A stretch of 64,000 nucleotides of DNA from Vicugna vicugna (GCA_013265495.1 MU058004.1:248001-312000); one strand, 5' to 3'. Positions 26,532 through 41,189 are shown, counted from the first letter of the stretch. Numbers and translations: made by a program. The notes: generated by a model from the sequence alone, not told the origin.

Positions 26532-29500
26532 TCACTTAAAACTCACGACCTCGTCAGAAAGGACGTCTGGAAGGAACCCAGGAGTCCATCAGCTCAACTC
26601 AGATGAAAATGCTTTTTCAAAGTTGCCCACATTACAGGAGTTGGTAACGGTTCCTACAGAATAGCACGGATGTGCCTGCCGGGCCCACCAGAGGGACGCA
26701 GATGCCACGCAGCCAGGAAAGGGACAGGAGGAGGGGCTCGGTCACCGGGGTCACCTGCAGACTCAGAGGACACCGGCCCCCAGGGTCTCCCGCCAAGGGG
26801 ACCACGAACAGTATACGGGCTTCTAACTCCGGCCAAAAGCAGACAGCAAACTCAGGGGAGAGCAGACCCTGCCACACAGGTGTCAGCTCTGCTCAGAGTG
26901 TGCCTGTGACCTCGCCGGGCTGCAAGGCTGAGAACCAGGGTGATAAAGTGAAGCCAGCTAACTTTAGGAATAACCAGATACGTTTAACTATCTACAACAG
27001 TTGTAATATTTAAGGTAATTTGACGTACATGTGGATTGTCCCTCTGGTTCCATTTTAAATGTCTGAGTTTTTCATATTACATATGTAATTTCTGATACAA
27101 AGACAGGAAAATTTTAAAACACATGGCATAAGAGTACTTAATAACATTTAAAGGATCTGAACCTGTACTGTATTTAACTATTAAATTTATTAGATCCATG
27201 TATTTCAAGCACTGGGGAAGGGTTTGCTCATCAGAGGCATGTAAATTACTTAAAAAGAAAATAAAATGTGCAACATTCATGTACAGGGTTCAGAAAGTAT
27301 AAGGGAATTTAATTAATTTTATAAATAAACGAAACAATTTTTAAAAGCCTCTTAAAATGATCATAATAGAGAAATGTAACAGGAAAGACCTTCAGAAAAG
27401 TTTTACCTTGCAATTCAAAGGGAGAGTATTCATGTTTTCTTAAGTCACACTCAATGAAATTTTCTGCAAAAACATGTTGGAAGTTCAATTTACTGTCCCA
27501 AAACAGACAGCAACACTGACACAAGGCACGATGAACAGCTCCCACTGGTGTTTAGAGAAGCAGTAAAGGTGAACACGAGTCTCTCGTCCCAGAGGGGTGG
27601 AGGGACCACACGTCCCAGCACCCAGCGCCACGGCCCCAGAGCAGCAGGGCTCCCGTGGAGCGACATCCACAGCAGACACATGATCCACGCAGCTCAGGAG
27701 GCCTGCCGGGGGGAGCGCACGCATCCAGCCACACGTTTGGCCACAGCCTCCTCGTCCCAACAACGCACACCCCAGACCACACAGCACAGACGCAGTGTCA
27801 GATGCCCAGGCAGAACTGGACACAGCGGCATCCAACTGATGAAGGTCAACACGCAAGACGGTGGAGATCAGCCACTAAGCAAAGAGCAAAAGAAGCAGCG
27901 GAAAGCTGGCGTGCGATCCGGGGCCACAGAGAGCCCCAGCTCTTCCTGCAACCCCTCCCTCCGGCCTAAGGCCCCGGCACTCCCAGCACACGAGGCCCGT
28001 GCTCCACACGCCCTCTCCTCTGTTTAACAGTGCTGCCGCTGCGACTGCAGTCTGAGAAGAGACACTTGGGTGAGGACTTAAGAAAAACGAAGCACCCATT
28101 ACCTACACACTCAACTATCATCATAGAAACTGCCAAAGAAATGTACCTGGAAGGGAGTCTCAGGCAAAAATCAAAAGAAACGACTGCCGGAGTGGGGCAT
28201 CGCATGCAAATTCCCCTCTGCCTTTGCATCTGAGGATTTCTGATTCTATACACACAGCAACAAAGAATAAATTTGACTCTGTACCATTTCTTTTATATAC
28301 ATATAGTGATTACCGTCTATAACATTTTTAAATGTTCATATAAATTTACTTAAAATTACACAAAACAAATGTTCTCCAAAATAAAAATCCCAAAGACACA
28401 TTGTGTTACCAATTATATGCATTTCAACCAGGAGCGAACTCAAGAACACATTTCCTCCCGATCAGCAGCACCAGAAAGGCACCTGCAGCCAAAGCTCCGA
28501 TGAGCACCCCCACCCACAACGGACATGGACGTCACCCACACCCGGAGCTGGCCTTGTTCCTCCTCTGCACCTGCCGAGGGCCCCAAGCACCCAGCCCACT
28601 CTCCTGCCAAGTGCTCCCGTCCTCCACCCACAGCAGCAGGACACCCCACACGCGGTGTGCCAAGGCCCCTCAAGGTCCACAGCGTCGGAAACTCAGCCCA
28701 TCTCCCTCACCCTCCCCGTCAGCCAGAGGCCCGTGCCATCGTCTGGGGCAAGTTCAGGGCACGGTGATCATCCCAGGGCCGCTCCTCCTTGTTTCCGTAT
28801 ATCTAGTCAAGGCCTGGCCCATCCACAGCAGCCAGGCCCCTGCAGAGGACCCATCACCCTGGCTCCCCAGCCCCCGAGTCACTGTAGGACCACCGCTGCT
28901 CGCAGCCTCCAGTCTGCCCAGTGACTCCCCTCAGCAAAGCAGAGCACGAGCTGGCTTCCAGGACCCCACACCAGTCCCCCACCGTCCACAACCGGGGACG
29001 CCCCGCCCCCCACCTGCAAAGCCCCCACGCCCTCTCGGCCTGGTACCGCCCCGGGAGCACCAGACCTTCCTGAGCAAAAGCGCTGGCGCTCGCCAGGTCT
29101 CCTCCACGGCACCCCAGGAACCGAGCTCAGCTTTCTGCGAGGATGTCTCTGAAACTCTGCGTTTACCTCCTAAAACCAAAGCTCACAATTAAGACTCACA
29201 GAACATGCAGAAACGCCCAACCAGACAGGAGGACACTACCCTAGCTGTTTCAGGTAAAGTAATTAAATCTGATTAATGATTTTTTTAATTGTCTCAACTT
29301 GAACTAAACTAAATCTGTAATGCTTAAAACTGGTCTTTGTCTGTTTTCGCTGGAGTTACTCCTACTCTTCTGGTGTCGTTCACGTTCACTCTATGCTGAT
29401 GGGGAAGCCCGCGCATGGCCGAGTGAACGTCACAGCTAATAGGCCGAGGCACCTTCAGGGGAGGAGCTTCATGTAAATGCGGTGTCAGCTTCTCTAAACC

Positions 29501-31449
29501 GTCACTTTAGCGGCTGCCCAGACAGCTCTGGGTGAGACCATTCAGCAGTTCTACAGCCTGAGGGGCCTGGATGCTAACTGCTGAGTCCCAGTTCATCGGG
29601 CCATTGGACAAAATCAATTTCAAAACAGACAACTACGAATGACAACAGCCAGTCCTGTCCACATCCTTCAGGTGGACGTTGCACCCTACTACCACAAGGG
29701 GAGAGGCTCAGGGCCCCCTGGGAGAAGCCCACCTGCACTCCACCTGCCCACCCCCAGGTCCTGAGCCATAGGGGGCTGCTCCTGCCCCACCCCCCGAGCC
29801 TGACCCTGGGTCACAGTGAGGTGGTTTCTAAGGCATCACTTCTGCTGGCTCGTGAGGCTGACCCGTCATGAGGAAAAGGGCGGGCGCTGTGACCTGGACC
29901 CTGCAGCGGACACTTGCTTCAGCAGCGCACAGACCCCTAGGGGCTGACCGGCATCCACTGCGGGGAACCCAGCAGACGGGGAGGCACAAGCACAGCCCCG
30001 CCTGGCCCACTTCTCCACTTCTCCGTCCCAAGGAGGGCAGGCAGCTGCACTCGTGGGCGGTCAGCCCAGCTCCACGCTGCACTTGGACTCAACCCTCCTT
30101 GAGGGAGGCCGGACTGGGGGTACCTGGGCTGTGAGGTCTGTGCGGCAAGGTGACCCCCAACAGACCCTGACCTTCGTCCCTGGCACCCACACACGCCCAC
30201 ACACTGGGGAGCTACCTGGCCTCCCACAACGTGAAGGTGCTGGCCTTCTCTGTGTCCTCCCACGGAACCAGGTCAGAGAAGGACAGACCCAAGCCCGCCA
30301 GGGCCGCCACACTGCCAGCCCCCGCCCACCCACGTGGCATGCAGCCGCAGCTGCCCGGCAGCGCCCCACCCAGCCCTTGGCACAGGCAGTCTACAAAGTC
30401 TTTCTCCCAAAAGCTCCAGTGAGCCCTCCATCACTCCTGCCTCAGACAGCAACAGCTGACGCTCAAGGGCAGATGAAGAAGCAACAAGCAGAGACCTCGC
30501 TGCTGGACCGGATCCGACAGAGCCAGCCATGCGGCCACGGGCAGTGATGATGGTACCCTCGCCTCACAGGTCCCTGCGAAGGAGTTTGTTTTGCAGAAAG
30601 CAAAACAGCTCAAAAGGAGAGAAAGCGAGATGACAGATTTCTTTAACGCAAAAATGGGAAAATGGGACTCTCAGCCCCAAAGCATTTCAAGGCGGAAGTA
30701 AGAGATCTGACCTGGGGATAAAGGGATGGGGTCGGGCCTGCTTCTGCGGCTGCTGGACAGGGCCCATGGCTGCCCCTGACCTCTCGGGCCTTCTCCAGCC
30801 TCTTCTGTGCAAAAGGGTGCTCTGCGCTTCCTGCCCCAACATCCAGAGAACAGAAGACAAGAGAGAGACCAGCCTGAGTCCATGCAGGGCAAAGCAATCA
30901 CAGAGCTCAGGGGGAAGAAGGTGGCATATGAAAGAGAAATAGTCTTTGCCCTGAACTTTCCTAAGAAGTCATTATCAGAAAAAAAAACTCAAAAACTAAC
31001 AACTCTTTCCAGATTAAACAGGTTTAAAATCAGGAAACTCTTCAATAGCTTTGAACAAAAACCTCTCTCAAGGTTCCAGTTACACACTGCAAATGCATGT
31101 CAAATATATAAGATTCCCCAGAGGGCTTCCTTTTGGCAACCCAGAGTCCAGCAATGTAACTTAAATACCCTTCTCTCTAGACAGCTTGTTATTTGTCTAA
31201 CGCCAATCGCCTAAGGACAAAGCAGCCTCCGGGGGAGAGAAACGACTTAACCCTCAGAAACCCAAGTCCCCACTACAGGGCTTGCAGGGCACACGTCCAG
31301 GGGACAAGGGGAACCCAGGTGTTCCGTGCAGCATCCACAAAAACATCATCATACAGCCAGCACAAAAGTCATGTCTTTTGATAAGTAACGAATTACACTA
31401 ATTAAAAAAAAAAACTCATCACGTAAGAAATATCACTGCATTGGGCCAA

Positions 31450-31750
31450 GTCTCCCAGAAGGCACTGGGCCAGCATCTCTCAGGACACACTAGGAAGACA
31501 TCTCCCAGGCTGCACTAGGATATCTCCCAGGATGCACTGGGAAGACACCTCCCAGGATGCTAGACTAGGATGACATCTCCCAGGATGCTAGACTAGGAAG
31601 ACATCTCCCAGGATGCTAGACTAGGAAGACATCTCCCAGGATGCTAGACTAGGAAGACTTCTCCCAGGACGCTAGACTAGGATGACTTCTCCCAGGGTGC
31701 ATTAAAATGACAGCTCCCAGGATGCACTTGGCTGAGTCTCCCAGGATGCC
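31450..31750. repeat. Minisatellite with 21-28-bp units; homogenised 28-bp core acatctcccaggatgctagactaggaag
   Basis: About 12 tctcccagg-anchored units; the central units are near identical and the flanks degenerate. Confidence 0.93.
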
Positions 31751-34700
31751 TCTGGACCACAAAGATCACTGAGCCACCTCGTCACCTGACGGCACTGCCT
31801 GGGGAGCCACACTCAGGCCTTGAGCCCGCCTGCCTGAGTCTGAGTCCAGGAAAGCACTAGTTCCCTGGGAGTGGGTGTGGCCACCACCACAGAACTTTTA
31901 TTTCAGCCACCAGTACAAATAGCCATCATACCTACCTAAAGAATGCAGTCCAACTTGCTGAGAAAAAAACCAATGTTGAATTTGCTGGCAGAGAGGAAAT
32001 GACGGACAGAAAATCTGGTTCCACAGACACGTGGTTCTCAGTTCCCACAGGACGTCTGAAAAACTGTCTCAAAGGCCCTTGGCCGACCTGCAGGCAGCAG
32101 TGCCAGCCTTCACCCGGCACAGTGGGGAGCGCAGACCTGCGTGCTGGCCTTCCTTGGAGGGTGAGGGACCCCAGCCCCATGGACGTGGGGAGAACCCAGC
32201 CAGGGCTCGTCCCCACCACACGTAGGGGAGAGATATCTCAGTAGCATCCTGTGTTGCTGGGGGTGGGCACCCGACCTGCGTGCCACCTGGCTCCCCTCTC
32301 CCCTAGACGCCACAAGCACACCCACCCCAACACAGTGGGAGCGCCCACGAAGCCCACTCCCTTTCCACGGGAAAGTTACGTGGCCGAGCTGGTCCAGGAG
32401 CCCCCCAAGCATCCTCTCTGTGAACAAGACCCCCCAGCACCGCCCCTAGTGCTGCAACTGAGAGCCGAGGCAAGAACGGATGCTCCCTCAGCAGAAGCCC
32501 TAAGACCATAAGGGCTCCCAGCAAATGCAGGGCACACAGGCCAGCCTAGGCGGGTCCGACCGTTATTGTGCGGCACACTAGCCACAGACGGAGGCTCTCC
32601 TCACAAGAAACGATGCGATGGCCATTTCAAGACAGGGGCTCGTAGAGTTCTACCTGGGGCGGGGCCTTCCGAAACGCTTCGTGTAATCACAAGTGAGACC
32701 GAGGCAAACAGCAAGGCGCACCCCTCCCCCGGGTGTGGAGGGCAGCTCCCACCACACCACTTGCACAGAGGAGGTGATGAGCAAAGGGCACACAGCAGCC
32801 CAAGACACTAAAGAGCGTTTCAAGATAAGTAACAAACGGTAAGTGTGACACGACGGAGAAAGATGTGCTGGCCAGCACACATGGCGAGCTCACTACATCA
32901 CAAACTGCAAACACTGCAACTTGGAGAGAAGACAGCAGGTGAAGGACGCCAAAGAGACACGAGTGCTGAGAGCGATTACTGAAGGTCACGTGGACAGAGA
33001 CCAACTGTCAGCGGAGGAGCGGGAGGTGGGGGCACAGCGGGGAAACCGGGGCGCAGAGGGACTGCCCAGGTCAGCCCAGGTCAGCCCAGGTCCCCGGGCA
33101 CAGTGCCCTCCACCGGCTCCCACGCACCTCTAGGATGTCCTCCCTCTCCTCCTCCACCATTCCCTTGCTGGCCCTCTGGGGCTCGGATGGACTGACACCC
33201 TGGAGCCTCCTCGACCCTGTCCATCTGCAGGCCCACCGCCCCACAGGGCCCAGAGGTCCCCAGATGGCATGGCACGTCAGGGCAGGGCGCTGCCACCCAC
33301 CTCCCCGGGCTCCGCTCCCGCCGTGCGCAGCACAGGCAGGCAGACATCACAGAGGCTCTTCTCCTGACAAGCGCCAAGCAACCCCACCGTGGTCCTCCTG
33401 TTCACAAGGCGCTGGTCGGAGCAGACGGCACCACAGGGCAGGCTGGGAAGACAGGCCTCGCCCACCAGCCCCACGGCTCTCCGCACCTTTGGGTCATGCT
33501 GGGAAAACACCACCTTTAAGAGCACAGCTTTCACAAGAGCCGGAGCACACGCCCCTCCCTCCGCAAGTGCCACGTGTCATTTGCTCAGTTCAGCATCGCA
33601 GGCTGGTGCTCAGGCAGCGGGCCTCGGCCCTGGCTGCCATGAGAACGCCCTCTGGTGCGCAGGACCCTCCCCAGAGCGGCTGAACGGGAGGGCAGGTCAC
33701 AGCTGCTCTGAGAAGCCTGGGTCACGGGCAGCCCTCCCAGCTCCATCGGACTGGAGGGACCTTCTGTGGAGGGTTACTACTACAACTTGAAAAGGACGGT
33801 GAACCAGCAAGAGCGAAGAAGGAATACGAAATCTGCTCTCAGATTGCTGAAAGTAGAACGAACCAGAATCAGTGAAGAGCCTCACTCTACGATGACAGAC
33901 CACTCACAGTATCTCCTAAAGGCCAGTTCGACAGGTGAGAGGGTGCTTTCGCTGCTAAGTTCACGTCTGCATGTCTGCACGCAAGTGAGAACACACACGT
34001 CTGAGTCACAAGCATCACTCTGGCTCCAGTCTGTGTGCAGCAGTCACCATGCAGCCGGCAGGGCTGCGCCGGGCCCCCACCCCGGTGACCAGCAGCCCCC
34101 TGCACGTGCCACGTTGGCTGATCCTCCAAACTGCACCTCCCAGTCCAGAGCCCCTCCCACCTCCGGCCTCGGTGACCAGTGGCAGGCTTCCTCCCCGGCG
34201 TCACCCTCGGGTCCGAGTGCAGCCATCGGGGGTCCCAGGAGTGACAGCCCACCCCAGCGGCCTGCAGGCCTGGGGCCTCATCCCGCAGCCCCCGGAGCCT
34301 GCACTCCCAGTCTGCCCCTTCCTAGTAAGCTGGGAGCTCCTCCACCATCTCCCCTCCCCTCAACAAAAACCAAGTATTTGACTAATGGTTTGGATAAATA
34401 TGGGTTTTTCTAATCTTAAAAAACAGTATTTAAGACATTTGCATACCTTAGTTCCTCGCACCGTTTATTTCAACAGGTGATGAAGGCTCGGAGTCCCGCA
34501 CCCACAACTGCACAATCCAGAAGCTCTGAGAAGAGGGGCTGGGATCTTCTTTGGCAGCAAAGCCTGGCTGAGCTGACACGGGTCAGCCTACAGTGTGCGC
34601 TCCCCTCCCGCTGTGGCTCTGGCCACATGCCCTGCAGGAGGGCGCCTGTGTCAGCTGTGGGCGCCGCCCGGACTCCACGGGGGGCGGAGGCCACACAGCG

Positions 34701-37700
34701 GAGGAACCCACGACCTGCCTGGGGATGAAGAGGTCTTGACTCTGAAACACCCCCACCTCCAGGGGCTTTAAAGGAGGGGCTGGGAGCTCCGCCGGGAGAC
34801 CCGAGGGCTTCCACTTCCAGATGCCGGGGCGTCTGTGCCGGGGCCGCATCAAGAGCTGCCCGGTGTTTAGGTCACGGGGAACTTGAGACTGACGATGTCT
34901 GTCTGTCACTGAGAGATCAGAATCTAAACGTCCAAGTGTTCTGAAGGCCCGGGACAAAGTCAGAGTGCAGAGGCTGCAGAAGCAGAAGGGAGCTGACACC
35001 AAGTCTGGTGGGCCTGGCACACTCGGAACCTCCAGGGCAGCTGAGGAACTTCGTCTCGGGGGCGCTGAGAACTTCAGCTCACCGTGCCTGAGGCCAGCGG
35101 CAGGAGACCTCCCCCTGCCCAGGTCTGGCCAGCACGGGGAGTCCGGAGCCCTGCCCACACCATCCTGCACCCTGCCCCTGCACACAGTAGGTGCCAGTCG
35201 GTCGCGAGCGAATCTAAGTGTTTCTCTCTCACTCTTTCTCCAAGAACAAACATCCTTTGCAACGTTTTAAACTGCTTACGCAGTTTCCTCTTGGAAACAT
35301 CTCCTCAGCATTTCACCCAAGCACATCCTTCTTCGTAGATGAAGGACGACAGAGAGACGCCTCTCCGCCCCTTTTGAAATGGACTTGCCGTCCCCGATCT
35401 TCAGCTTCTCCCAAGGTGAGCTGCACCAGCAACAGTGCAGCTGCAAGGCAAGCTCTCCCTCCCTCATGCGCCTGTCCCCCAGCCTAAGGCAAACGTGCCC
35501 AAGCCTTCGGGCTGCGAACACTTCACGGTCGACACAAGGAAGGACAGGGACAGATGGGACTCCGACGTTCAGAAATCCCCAGAGCGGACTCATTTCTTCA
35601 CCACGGCGGAGACCAAGTGCTCTAACTCTCGGCTGGAAAACTGTGCTCGAGGTCAAGTGAAATTGTTTGCTTAGAAATAATCCTCAAGACATACAACCTC
35701 CTGGCACACCTTTTAATTTTTTCACCACTGAAACCCCACCTTTTCAGACGTTCCCTCAAGATCAAGACATTCCATTCCTCCTGAGCCCCCTCCCAGGTCT
35801 CACACCAGCTGCGAGGGGGGCTGCGGGGAGGAGCGGGCAGCCCCACACCCGGACCCCGCGGGGCCAGGGCTGCCCGCTCTGCAGCGCCTGCGGCCGCAGC
35901 CCACACTTCCCGCCGAGTCAGGGCCGTGCGGGAGCAGCTGTCACCTCGTCAGCACCGCAGCGCCTGGAGCGATGCCACCAAACGGGGCTCTCCCCTCTCG
36001 CAGCCGCGGTTTATTAAAACCGAGCAAGAGGACACCATGGGTACCCAGGAAAGCCGTGACCAGACACAAAGCCATCCCACTAAGTCACCCACACCTGTCC
36101 AGGTGCCCACCGTGCCTGCCGGGGCCAGGACTCGGGGACAGGGATGTGCCCTCCCAGCACCCTGAAATGAGGTGACATGAGAACTGCCATGGGGCAGCCT
36201 GAACCTTCCGGATTAAACCCACACAGCTGCTCCCCACTCCTTAGTCCAGCACAGCCAGCACATCTCCCGGCTGTCACAATGGCCTCCCTGGGGGCCCATC
36301 TGGCCTCGATCCATGTTGTGTCAGAACTCCTTCATTTCAAGCCACCTAAGCCATGGCACTTGGCCAATTAAACTCTCCCTGAGCTCTGAACCACCCTCCT
36401 TTGCAGGCAGAGATAAGACCTCTCTCCATCTCTGCCCCCACCCACCCCCACCCCCGGCACGAGGACCAGTGCCGGTCCATCCTGTCCCTTCGCCAAAGGC
36501 CACCGGACAGGGAGGGGAGGGAGCATGGCTGTGCTGCTGGCGCAGGAAACACCCACAGCTGATGACAGAGTGGCCCAGGCACAACAACTTTAAAGGAGCA
36601 AAAACAGTGCTCAGGAGAATTAGAGGCTTAACCGGGAGTCAGGACGAGTTCTGCCACTGACTCACAGCCTTGGACTCCGGCCGCAGTCCCCAGAACTCCC
36701 CCAAGGTGTCCACAGCACGACTTTAGAACCACCAGGTCTGGAGGACCATCCTGTTGGAGACCCCGCCTCGCCGGCTGAGGGTCACGGGACCTGACACCCA
36801 GCATGCAGGAGGCCCGAGAGAGGCCGCGCCGTCCAAGGCCAGACGGCCAGCAGGACAAACACTGGATGACAGGCCACTCGGGTCTGATGGGTGACGAGTC
36901 TGCACCCGCCGGGGCCCAGCTCATCAGGACAGGTGTCTTCTCCCGTCTCACCAGCCAGGGCACTGCTCTGGGCAGCTGGACAAGGCAGCGCGGACGGCAG
37001 ACTTCAGACTGCAGGCCTGGACTCCCACAGCTACACTGCCTGACCTGCCCCCGTGACCCCCTCACGCTGCCCTCCCCTAGAGTGACGCGCACACAACACG
37101 CCTCAGGCATGGCTGTGCCTGGTGGGGAGAAGTCCCACCAAGTACAGGCAGAACTTGGCCTCATCCTCCCTTCATCCAAAAACTGGCAAATACCCCCAAC
37201 CACGGGCCCATCCCCGTGACAGCCAGGCAGAGCCCCATCCTCACTTCCTCTCCACGCTCCAGGTGCTGATTAGCCCCGAGCACTTGCCTGCGGCCCACTG
37301 CACCTCCACCAAGAACGGACCCGCTTCAGGGCTACGCTTCGACACCCAAGGCACCCAAGCACAGAGCCGTCTCCACGACCCTGCAGCAGCCGGCCTGCTG
37401 GGGAGAAGTCAGGGCCTGTGCCCGCTGGGCCACTCCCCAGGCTCCTTCCCGGAAGCCCGAGGCTGCGGAGCAGGGCCTGCCCCGGCCGAGGCAGAGCAGC
37501 GCGGCCCCGGGGCTCTTTGCAGGACCCCAGTGAGGCCCCCAGGCCGCGCCGGGTCAGGGAAGCACCTGCAGCCACCCGCCCCCGAGGAGGCTGGCACCCG
37601 GGGCACGCAGGCAGCCCTCACGCGGCAGGAGTGCGGGGCAGGCACAGAGAACACAACCGCCTCTCCCGGGGAAACGGGAAACCACCTCCGTCGTGTCCCC

Positions 37701-38359
37701 GCCCTGGGGCAACCTGCCGCCCAGACGTGTCACCAGGAGACCTGCTAACACACCACGATCACGAGCAAACCTGGAACTCACGTGCCTGGACCCTCCGGCT
37801 GCCTGCCCTGCATGACCCCCATCAAACCAGCCGACCTGCACTGCATCCAGAACCCCGAACGGGCCCGCTGCTGGCAGAAACCGGTGACCAAGTTACAGAG
37901 ACGCAGAAATAAGCTGAGCAGGTAAAGTGCTTTTCCAGGTCGAAGGATTTCCCATTAAAACAGCATAAATATTACCCAAGTATCTAAAATAATAAACTCT
38001 GCGCAAAGACATTACTTTCTGAGCGCACCGCACACGACTAACACACCCCCAGTCAAGTCACTCCTTGTTCATAAACATCACAATCTTAGTTTTGACCCAG
38101 ATTATGAACTTCAATTCTTAAAAACAACACAGATAAAACCACATGACACCAAGGTTTTTAAATTTACGTGGCTCCCACACGTATGTCAAGTATAAACGCT
38201 AAGCATGTACCACTTTAAACGTGCTTAATACTTTCCTTCTTCAAACTATAAATTATTTCATAATCTCAATTCTTATTGAAGAAGTATCAAATACCTTAAA
38301 ATAAAAAAACTAGGGATACCCTTTAAAAACCCGTACGCACACACTTCACACCCTCCAAA

Positions 38360-38975
38360 GTGGCGCAGATAAAGAGAACTAAAATGAGAGTTAAAATAGG
38401 GAAATTCTTACATTAAAAATGACACAATATGTAAGTCAGACAGAGAAAGACAAATACTATACAATAACACTTCCATGTGGAATCTTAAAAAAATGCTACA
38501 AAGGAACTTACTTACAAAACAGAAATAGATTCATAGACACAAAAAATAAACTTACGGTTACCAAAGGGGACAGAGGGTAGGGGAGGGATAAATTAGGAGT
38601 TTGAGATTAGCAGACACAAACTACTATCTATAAAACAGATAAGCAACAAGGTCCTACTGTACAGCACAGGGAACTCTATTCAGTACCTTGCAATAACCTA
38701 TAATGCTAAAGAATCTAAAAGGAAACACATGTATGTGTAACTGAATCACGTTACTGTACACCCAGAACAAACACAACATTGTAGATCAACTGTACTTCAA
38801 TTAAAAAAAAAGAAAAATGACACAAACAAGATCAAGAAAACAGACAACCCACAGAACTGGAGAAAACATCTGCAAACTGTGTATCTGGTAAGGGTCCACA
38901 ATCCAGCACACACAGAGAGACCGTACAGGGTCAGCAACAAACAGACAAAGCAACCCAGTCTTAAAATGGGCAAAG
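38360..38975 (+). mobile_element. Old L1 ORF2-end remnant hosting a younger L1 insertion
   Basis: After the insert is removed it reads ...aaaaatgacacaaacaagatcaagaaaacagacaacccacagaactggagaaaacatctgcaaac...aaaatgggcaaag, L1 ORF2-end landmarks. Confidence 0.7.
38428..38812 (+). mobile_element. 5'-truncated artiodactyl-type L1 3' end with poly(A) and perfect 13-bp TSD
   Basis: TSD aaaaatgacacaa at 38415-38427 and 38813-38825; TT|AAAA endonuclease site; body has aacaaggtcctactgtacagcacagggaact and aacattgtagatcaactgtacttcaattaaaaaaaaa. Confidence 0.9.
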
Positions 38976-38977
38976 CA

Positions 38978-39062
38978 GGGCGGGCGTAGCTCAGTGGCAA
39001 GGTGCACGCCTAGCACGTGCGAGGTCCTGGGTTCAATCCCCAGCACCTCCTCTGAAAACAAA
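38978..39062 (+). mobile_element. tRNA-Ala-derived camelid SINE (vic-1 type)
   Basis: gggcgggcgtagctcagtggcaaggtgcacgcctagcacgtgcgaggtcctgggttcaatccccagcacctcc; A box TAGCTCAGTGG, B box GGTTCAATCCC. Confidence 0.9.
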
Positions 39063-39699
39063 TGCACAACGGCCAGGTAAGGGAGCAGTCGCAGGGTCTG
39101 GGGTCTGCTCGTGTACGACCCTGACGGGCCGATGTCGGGGGGACAGGGAGTCGACACTACCAGCCCCAAGGCGCCAGCAGGTCTGGGGGCCACGTGCTCT
39201 AGATCATTAAGCAGTTGATTTCTTCCCTTTGGTGTGGTTTTCAGCCTCTGAAAAACTCAGGAAATACACACGTGAGATACGACTATCTGGGTCCCCTCAG
39301 AGAGGAGCTGCAGCAGAGGATATGGGGAGGGCTCTGTCCTGGGAAGGCCCCACAGGGTCCTGCTCGGCTACTGGCTGAGGAGGGGTCCGCGAGGCAGACA
39401 GCCCACAAAAGGGGCCAGAGCCCAGCAGGGTGAAGGGGTGCTCCTGCAGAGGGACAGCTGGGCATAGGGACGCAGAACCTGAGTGGGTGAGGGGCCCCCA
39501 GGGGTGTCAGTGACCAGGCCGGTCAGGAGGCGCCCACGTGGAGGGAGGCCTGGTGGAGACATCCACACAGGGAGGCAGCCTGGCTGGCAGAGTCAGCACA
39601 AAGAAAAAAAAAATCACCTAATTTAAACCGAAAGGAGCTTAGATAGTGGACCTTTCAAATTACGGTTCTATAAAACCCTACATAAAATGTCTCAAAGAT

Positions 39700-40150
39700 G
39701 CAGTGAACAATGAGCTACAAATAAGATTCCTGTTGAGCTGTAACGCACACACAGCGCCGCGTATAAACTCACTGCACATAACGCACAGACAGGCACCGGG
39801 ATCAAAGGACAATGTCCGGCTTTGACAGATGAGACCGGCAGGTGAGAGAACCAGGCGACACAGGAGAGAGACACCACAACCCAGGGAGAAAAGGAGACAA
39901 GACACGAAGAACAAAAAGCATGGAGACGGCGTCCCAGAGGGAGAAGAGAAATAAAGAGACGTCCACTCCTGGACACGTCACGGGAAGACCGGAAAACAGA
40001 GAGGCGGCTCCCAGGAGCAGCAGGAGACGAGGCGCAGCGGCGAACAGGCAGTCTGCATGCAACAGGGAAGCCCCCAGCCCCCAGACAACTGCTGGGAGCA
40101 CACCTGCCGAGGAACTTCTAAAGCCAAAGAAGTAAAACTGTCCCCGGGCG
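39700..40150 (+). mobile_element. Probable degenerate L1 ORF1 remnant
   Basis: Purine-rich, with ggacacgtcacgggaagaccggaaaacagagaggcggctcccaggagcagcaggaga resembling L1 ORF1 C-terminal landmarks. Confidence 0.4.
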
Positions 40151-41189
40151 GGGGCCTGCGACACAAGAAGGAACCCTGAGCACGACAGACTTGAGGTCCG
40201 TGCGGGAGCGCCTGAGCGCTGCCTCACCACGTGTGGTTACGGCGGCCCCAGCAATGAGCCGCACCACACGGGGTCTTCTTCAGCAAAAGAGACGAGGCCC
40301 TGACAGGCTACGGCATGGACCAACCTCAAACGCCGTGCTGAGGGAGAGAAGCCGGCCACAGAGGACCACGCAGCGCACGCGTCCGTTTATACGGAACAAC
40401 CAGACGGGCGAATCCAGACGGAAGGCGGACCAGCCGCTGCGTGGCGCCGAGGACAGCGAGGGTTCGGGGACGGCTAAGGGGCGTGGATGGGGTCCTTTTG
40501 GAGCGATGAAAAGGCCCTAGACCTGACTCTGGGGACAGCTGCACAGCCCTGTGGACACACAGAAGCCACGGACGGCACGCTTCAAACAGGTGACCTGTAC
40601 GGCACATACGTGATACCTTAATGGACCTGTGTTTAAAACCTCTCAGGCGGGGAGTTACTGTCCCAATGTATCAGTAACGAACACTGAAGGACAGAGAAGT
40701 CATCTTTCCACTTCTGCTTTTCTGATAAGTTGTATTTTTCAAGGGACGTCTGCTTTACCCGAGCTATTACAGCCAGCAGCCAACACACTCTGACACATGG
40801 GTTTCGTCCCCACAGGACCTGCTCCAGAGCCCGCCTGGCCGTCCACACTGCTGCCCTGCTTCCTCTGCTCACCACCTGCCCGCAGACGGGGAAGCTTCCC
40901 GCTGCGGTCGGCTTCCTGGCCTCTGACCTCACGCACCCGTGTCTGCTCGCCACTGGCTCCCTGGCACTGGGGGCCCTTCTCTGGTCTCACAAGCTTCTGA
41001 GGCAGGTCAGCTGCGATCTCTGCACAGGGCGGGAGCCTGAGAGTCAGCTCGGCCGCCCGCTGGCTGCCTCTCTTCTTTTTTATAAACTATGTTTAAAAAA
41101 GGAAAAACCATTCTTGGCTCCAAGGCCGTACAAAAACAGACCAAGGCCAGACTGGGCCCGAGGGCCACAGTTTCACAATTCCTGCTTAA

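Noticed and set aside
31450-31750. CRISPR-like array of 28-bp repeats
   Set aside because: Units are head-to-tail with no unique spacers, there are no cas genes, and the context is a mammalian intron.
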